This document shows, in pieces, positions 60,995 to 64,000 of a stretch of 64,000 nucleotides of DNA. Positions within the stretch are counted from its first letter, which is position 1; each line of letters begins with the position of its first letter. The stretch spans positions 454,945-518,944 of the forward strand of contig JBAZKQ010000001.1 in assembly GCA_041650715.1 (NCBI GenBank), given 5' to 3'. The notes under the pieces are model-generated. The model saw only the letters and a list, made by a program, of their open reading frames with translations. It made no database searches and was not told where the DNA came from. The DNA is from Patescibacteria group bacterium. Lineage in GTDB: Bacteria; Patescibacteriota; Patescibacteriia; Patescibacteriales; UBA12465. The position numbers were made by a program, and so were the translations under genes.

Positions 60995-61540
60995 TTATTT
61001 GCTGTCTTTTTTAAACGGGAAACCAAGCGCGCGGAACAGTTCCAAACCTTCTGCCTTGGTTTTGGCGGTAGACGCCAAACAAATTTCCAAACCGAATACA
61101 TTGTCGACATCTTCCACGTGAATTTCCGGGAAAGCGACATGTTCTTTAAAACCGACTGTCATGTTGCCATTGCGATCAACCGATTTTTCACTGATACCGC
61201 GGAAATCGCGGACGCGCGGGAAAGTAATGTTCACTAATTTATCGGTAAAATCATACATCCGAGCACCGCGTAAAGTTACTTTGGCGCCGATAGTAAGTCC
61301 TTCTCTGATTTTGAAAGCGGAAATTGATTTTTTAGCTTCGGTAAAAACCGGCTTTTGGCCGCTGATTCTCGTTAAGCCCTTTTCCACGCTCGCCATGAAT
61401 TCCTTTTCTTTGGCGTGGTGACCGAAACCAACGTTTAAAACAACCTTGGTGAGTTGCGGTACAAGAAATTCATTCTTATAACCGAATTTCTCCGATAGGG
61501 TCTTGGCTATTTCTTTTTTATATTTCTCTTTTAATCTCAT
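60995..61540 (-). CDS. rplE: 50S ribosomal protein L5
   Basis: MRLKEKYKKEI...ITFPRVRDFRGIS...GNMTVGFKE. Confidence 0.95.
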   Translation of the reverse strand: MRLKEKYKKEIAKTLSEKFGYKNEFLVPQLTKVVLNVGFGHHAKEKEFMASVEKGLTRISGQKPVFTEAKKSISAFKIREGLTIGAKVTLRGARMYDFTDKLVNITFPRVRDFRGISEKSVDRNGNMTVGFKEHVAFPEIHVEDVDNVFGLEICLASTAKTKAEGLELFRALGFPFKKDSK

Positions 61541-61552
61541 ATAATATAATTA

Positions 61553-61876
61553 TTACTCGATTGTTTCCTGGCATTTTTTACAAACCCGAAATTTCTTCGC
61601 TTTGCCGTCTTCCGTCTTAATGGTCTTATGGCCAATCTTAGTGGTCTTGCCACATTTCGGACAGACGAGCGCAACGTTAGATACATTGATGAAAGCCGGG
61701 AATTCGATTCTCTGCCCCTTTTCATTACTACGATTCGGACGTAAATGTTTGATTAATAAATTTAAGCCTTCAACGCTCACGCGGCCCTGGGTCGGTGAAA
61801 CTTGCAAAACCTTTCCGGTTTTACCCTTATCTTTGCCGGCCAATATTTGGACTTTGTCGTTCTTTTTGATATTCAT
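61553..61876 (-). CDS. rplX: 50S ribosomal protein L24 with a four-Cys C-terminal knuckle pair
   Basis: KOW domain: KKNDKVQILAGKDKGKTGKVLQV. C-terminus: CPKCGKTTKIGHK...RVCKKCQETIE. Confidence 0.9.
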   Translation of the reverse strand: MNIKKNDKVQILAGKDKGKTGKVLQVSPTQGRVSVEGLNLLIKHLRPNRSNEKGQRIEFPAFINVSNVALVCPKCGKTTKIGHKTIKTEDGKAKKFRVCKKCQETIE

Positions 61877-61896
61877 ATTTTTCTTTATCGTATAAT

Positions 61897-62271
61897 TTAC
61901 AAAACCTCAGGAGCGAGCGACGCGATTTTAACGAAACCGGCCTTTCTCACTTCACGCGCCACCGGACCGAAGATACGAGTTCCTTTCGGGTCTTTCTTTT
62001 CCGCGTCGGTAATTATAACCGCGGCGTTATCGCTGAAACGGACATAAGAACCATCGGCGCGGCGAATTTCTTTACGGGTGCGCACAACTACCGCCTTGAC
62101 CACGTCGCTTTTTTTAACAGCCGCGTGAGGGACAGCGCTTTTCACAGCCGCGACAATAATATCGCCGACATGAGCGTAGCGTTTCTTATAACCGCCTAAA
62201 ACACGGATGCACATAATTTCTTTGGCACCGGAATTATCAGCTACTTTTAAATAAGTTTGAACTTGTATCAT
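61897..62271 (-). CDS. rplN: 50S ribosomal protein L14
   Basis: [27 protein letters not shown]. Confidence 0.95.
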   Translation of the reverse strand: MIQVQTYLKVADNSGAKEIMCIRVLGGYKKRYAHVGDIIVAAVKSAVPHAAVKKSDVVKAVVVRTRKEIRRADGSYVRFSDNAAVIITDAEKKDPKGTRIFGPVAREVRKAGFVKIASLAPEVL

Positions 62272-62297
62272 ATATTTGTATCTTCAATCTAGAGTTA

Positions 62298-62570
62298 TTA
62301 CTTAAGAACACGCCAACGTTTATCGCGACTGAGCGGGCGGCATTCGATAAAAATAACTTTATCGCCGATCTTATGCTCATTCTTTTCGTCATGGACTTTA
62401 TATTTCTGGCTGACAACATAACGCTTTTTATACTTCGGATGAACTTTGACCGTTTCAACTTTAACCACGATAGTCTTATCGTTTTTGTCGCTGACCACTA
62501 CGCCGTTAAATTTCTTAACGATAGTCGCGGGTTTAACGCTTGCGGTTGTTTCAATTTTTTTAGCGGGCAT
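62298..62570 (-). CDS. rpsQ: 30S ribosomal protein S17
   Basis: FNGVVVSDKNDKTIVVKVETVKVHPKYKKRY...IECRPLSRDKRW. Confidence 0.95.
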   Translation of the reverse strand: MPAKKIETTASVKPATIVKKFNGVVVSDKNDKTIVVKVETVKVHPKYKKRYVVSQKYKVHDEKNEHKIGDKVIFIECRPLSRDKRWRVLK

Positions 62571-62571
62571 A

Positions 62572-62775
62572 TTATTCTTGTTTATTTGATAACGTTAAAA
62601 TCTGGGCGATAAGATTTCGCACCACGCGGATTTCGCGGATATTTTTCAACTGCTTATTAGAATCCTTAAAACGTAATTCCCGTAATTTCTCCCGGTTCAC
62701 AGCTAATAAGTTTTGCAGTTCTTTTTTATCTTTGGTTTTTAATTCTTTAAATTCCATATTATTTTTATTCGGCAC
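62572..62775 (-). CDS. rpmC: 50S ribosomal protein L29
   Basis: ELKTKDKKELQNLLAVNREKLRELRF. Its position between L16 and S17 fits the usual order. Confidence 0.9.
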   Translation of the reverse strand: MPNKNNMEFKELKTKDKKELQNLLAVNREKLRELRFKDSNKQLKNIREIRVVRNLIAQILTLSNKQE

Positions 62776-62781
62776 TTTTAA

Positions 62782-63189
62782 TTACTCCTTGCTAATAAAT
62801 TGGGTCTTCACCGGTAATTTATAGCCGGCTGATTCCATCGCTTTCTTCGCGGTGGCCTTATCGAGCCCCTCCATTTCAAACATAATCATACCCGGTTTGA
62901 TGATCGCGACGTAATAGTCAACGGCACCTTTACCTTTACCCATCGGGATTTCACCGCCATGAGCAGTGACTGGTTTATCCGGAAAAATGCGAATCCAAAT
63001 ACGACCGCCTTTTTTGACATATTTAGTCATGACGCGGCGAGCCGCTTCAATTTGGCGAGAAGATACCCAGCAAGCGCTCATCGCTTTCAAACCATAGCTA
63101 CCGAAACTGATATTCAAATTACGGCTGGCTTTACCGCCACGGCGCCGTTTCTGATCTTTTCTCCATTTAGTTTTCTTTGGCATTAACAT
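62782..63189 (-). CDS. rplP: 50S ribosomal protein L16
   Basis: MPKKTKWRKDQKRRRGGKASR...RIFPDKPVTAHGGEIPMGKGKG. Confidence 0.95.
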   Translation of the reverse strand: MLMPKKTKWRKDQKRRRGGKASRNLNISFGSYGLKAMSACWVSSRQIEAARRVMTKYVKKGGRIWIRIFPDKPVTAHGGEIPMGKGKGAVDYYVAIIKPGMIMFEMEGLDKATAKKAMESAGYKLPVKTQFISKE

Positions 63190-63213
63190 ATAACAGACTT
63201 TATTTTATATATT

Positions 63214-63891
63214 TTAGTTGGCAATCACTTCGCCTTTTTGCGTTTCTTTTTCAAATACTTCACCTTTATAAATCCAAACTTTGATTCCAATCGCACCATA
63301 AGTAGTATGAGCGGCGCCACGAGCGTAATCGATATCGGCGCGAAGCGTCTGTAGCGGAACTTTGCCGGTCACTAGTTTTTCCCGGCGGGCAATTTCTGCA
63401 CCGTTTAAACGTCCGGAAACAACTACTTTTACACCCATCGCTCCGGCGCGCTCAGCGCGGCCAATCGCCTGCTTCATGACTTTACGGAAAGGCATTCTCT
63501 TTTCCATATCCATAATCATCGACTGCACCATAATCTGGGAACTTAAATTCGGTCGGTTCGCCTCTTTGATATTCAAAGCGATTTCACCCATGCGGAAATT
63601 CTTTAAAAACTTGGTATGTAATTTAGCTTTTAATTCTTCAACACCGTTACCACCGCGGCCGATAATTAAACCCGGCTTGGCTGTCGAAACAGTGATTTCA
63701 ATTTTATTGAGACTGCGGATAATTTCAACCTTATCGATGCCCGCTTCTTTAAATTCGCGAATCATGTATTTGCGAACCAGAACGTCCTGACGAACATTTT
63801 GAATATATTTCTCGCCGCTCTCAAACCAAACAGAGGCCCAAGTCTTGGTGATGCCCATGCGTAGAATTTTTGGATTTACTTTTTTACCCAT
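63214..63891 (-). CDS. rpsC: 30S ribosomal protein S3
   Basis: MGKKVNPKILRMGITKTWASVWF...LIIGRGG (KH domain)...SGRLNGAEIAR. Confidence 0.95.
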   Translation of the reverse strand: MGKKVNPKILRMGITKTWASVWFESGEKYIQNVRQDVLVRKYMIREFKEAGIDKVEIIRSLNKIEITVSTAKPGLIIGRGGNGVEELKAKLHTKFLKNFRMGEIALNIKEANRPNLSSQIMVQSMIMDMEKRMPFRKVMKQAIGRAERAGAMGVKVVVSGRLNGAEIARREKLVTGKVPLQTLRADIDYARGAAHTTYGAIGIKVWIYKGEVFEKETQKGEVIAN

Positions 63892-63929
63892 ATGTATTAA
63901 TAGTCAATTAAATAACCCTTATATATTTA

Positions 63930-64000
63930 TTATCCTGACTTGCGTCTAAACATCTTGCTTGAGAAACCTTTGCCACCTTCGTTCTTGGCGTGGGTGTGAT
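63930..64000 (-). CDS. rplV: Probable 3' end of the 50S ribosomal protein L22 gene; the rest lies outside the window
   Basis: The open frame to the window edge reads ...HTHAKNEGGKGFSSKMFRRKSG* with the stop at 63932-63930. Its position upstream of rpsC matches the conserved S10-operon order. The sequence is too short to confirm. Confidence 0.5.
   Translation of the reverse strand, partial: HTHAKNEGGKGFSSKMFRRKSG

Overview
This 64-kb window comes from an AT-leaning bacterium with a compact, tightly packed genome. I infer it belongs to the Candidate Phyla Radiation (Patescibacteria). The grounds are that S5 is followed directly by L15 with no L30 gene, almost no gene uses a Shine-Dalgarno sequence, there are many small secreted or membrane hypotheticals, and sigma-70 has a Lys-rich N-terminus.

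Layout:
(1) 1-3 kb: class I ribonucleotide reductase, with nrdA cut by the window edge and an nrdB carrying class Ic-type substitutions. A convergent candidate small RNA with its own promoter and terminator follows.
(2) 3-15 kb: an ECF sigma factor, secreted and membrane proteins, and a polysaccharide locus. That locus is a processive GT2 synthase plus a small membrane protein, flanked by two paralogous GH18-like proteins.
(3) 15-22.4 kb: a cassette-like accessory region of single genes. Each has a near-consensus TTGACA-17-TATnnT promoter and a hairpin terminator, and promoter and terminator modules recur. It holds one intact HNH endonuclease gene and two decayed copies.
(4) 22.5-28.9 kb: a B12/radical-SAM gene convergent with a minus-strand operon (hypothetical, SpoT-like HD hydrolase, MccF/LdcA peptidase, GIY-YIG-HD fusion, class V aminotransferase). 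A roughly 190-nt structured leader with a terminator/antiterminator arrangement precedes the operon.
(5) 29-37.8 kb: a visibly more AT-rich, tightly packed defence island. It contains Dcm, a GHKL/MORC-like ATPase, type III Mod and Res, and a class III cyclase with a small TM protein (Pycsar-like).
(6) 37,960-38,270: a tRNA-Asn(GUU) gene interrupted in the anticodon loop by a 239-nt group I intron.
(7) 38.4-64 kb: core genes. These are DUF3160-like, a Memo-CapA fusion, rpoD, dnaG, PBP5-like, scpAB, asnS, aspS, recO, ruvX, map, secY and the ribosomal protein run from L15 to S3 with the L22 tail. Two copies of a long palindromic intergenic element lie among them.

All calls rest on reading the sequence and the supplied ORF translations. 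No database search was run.
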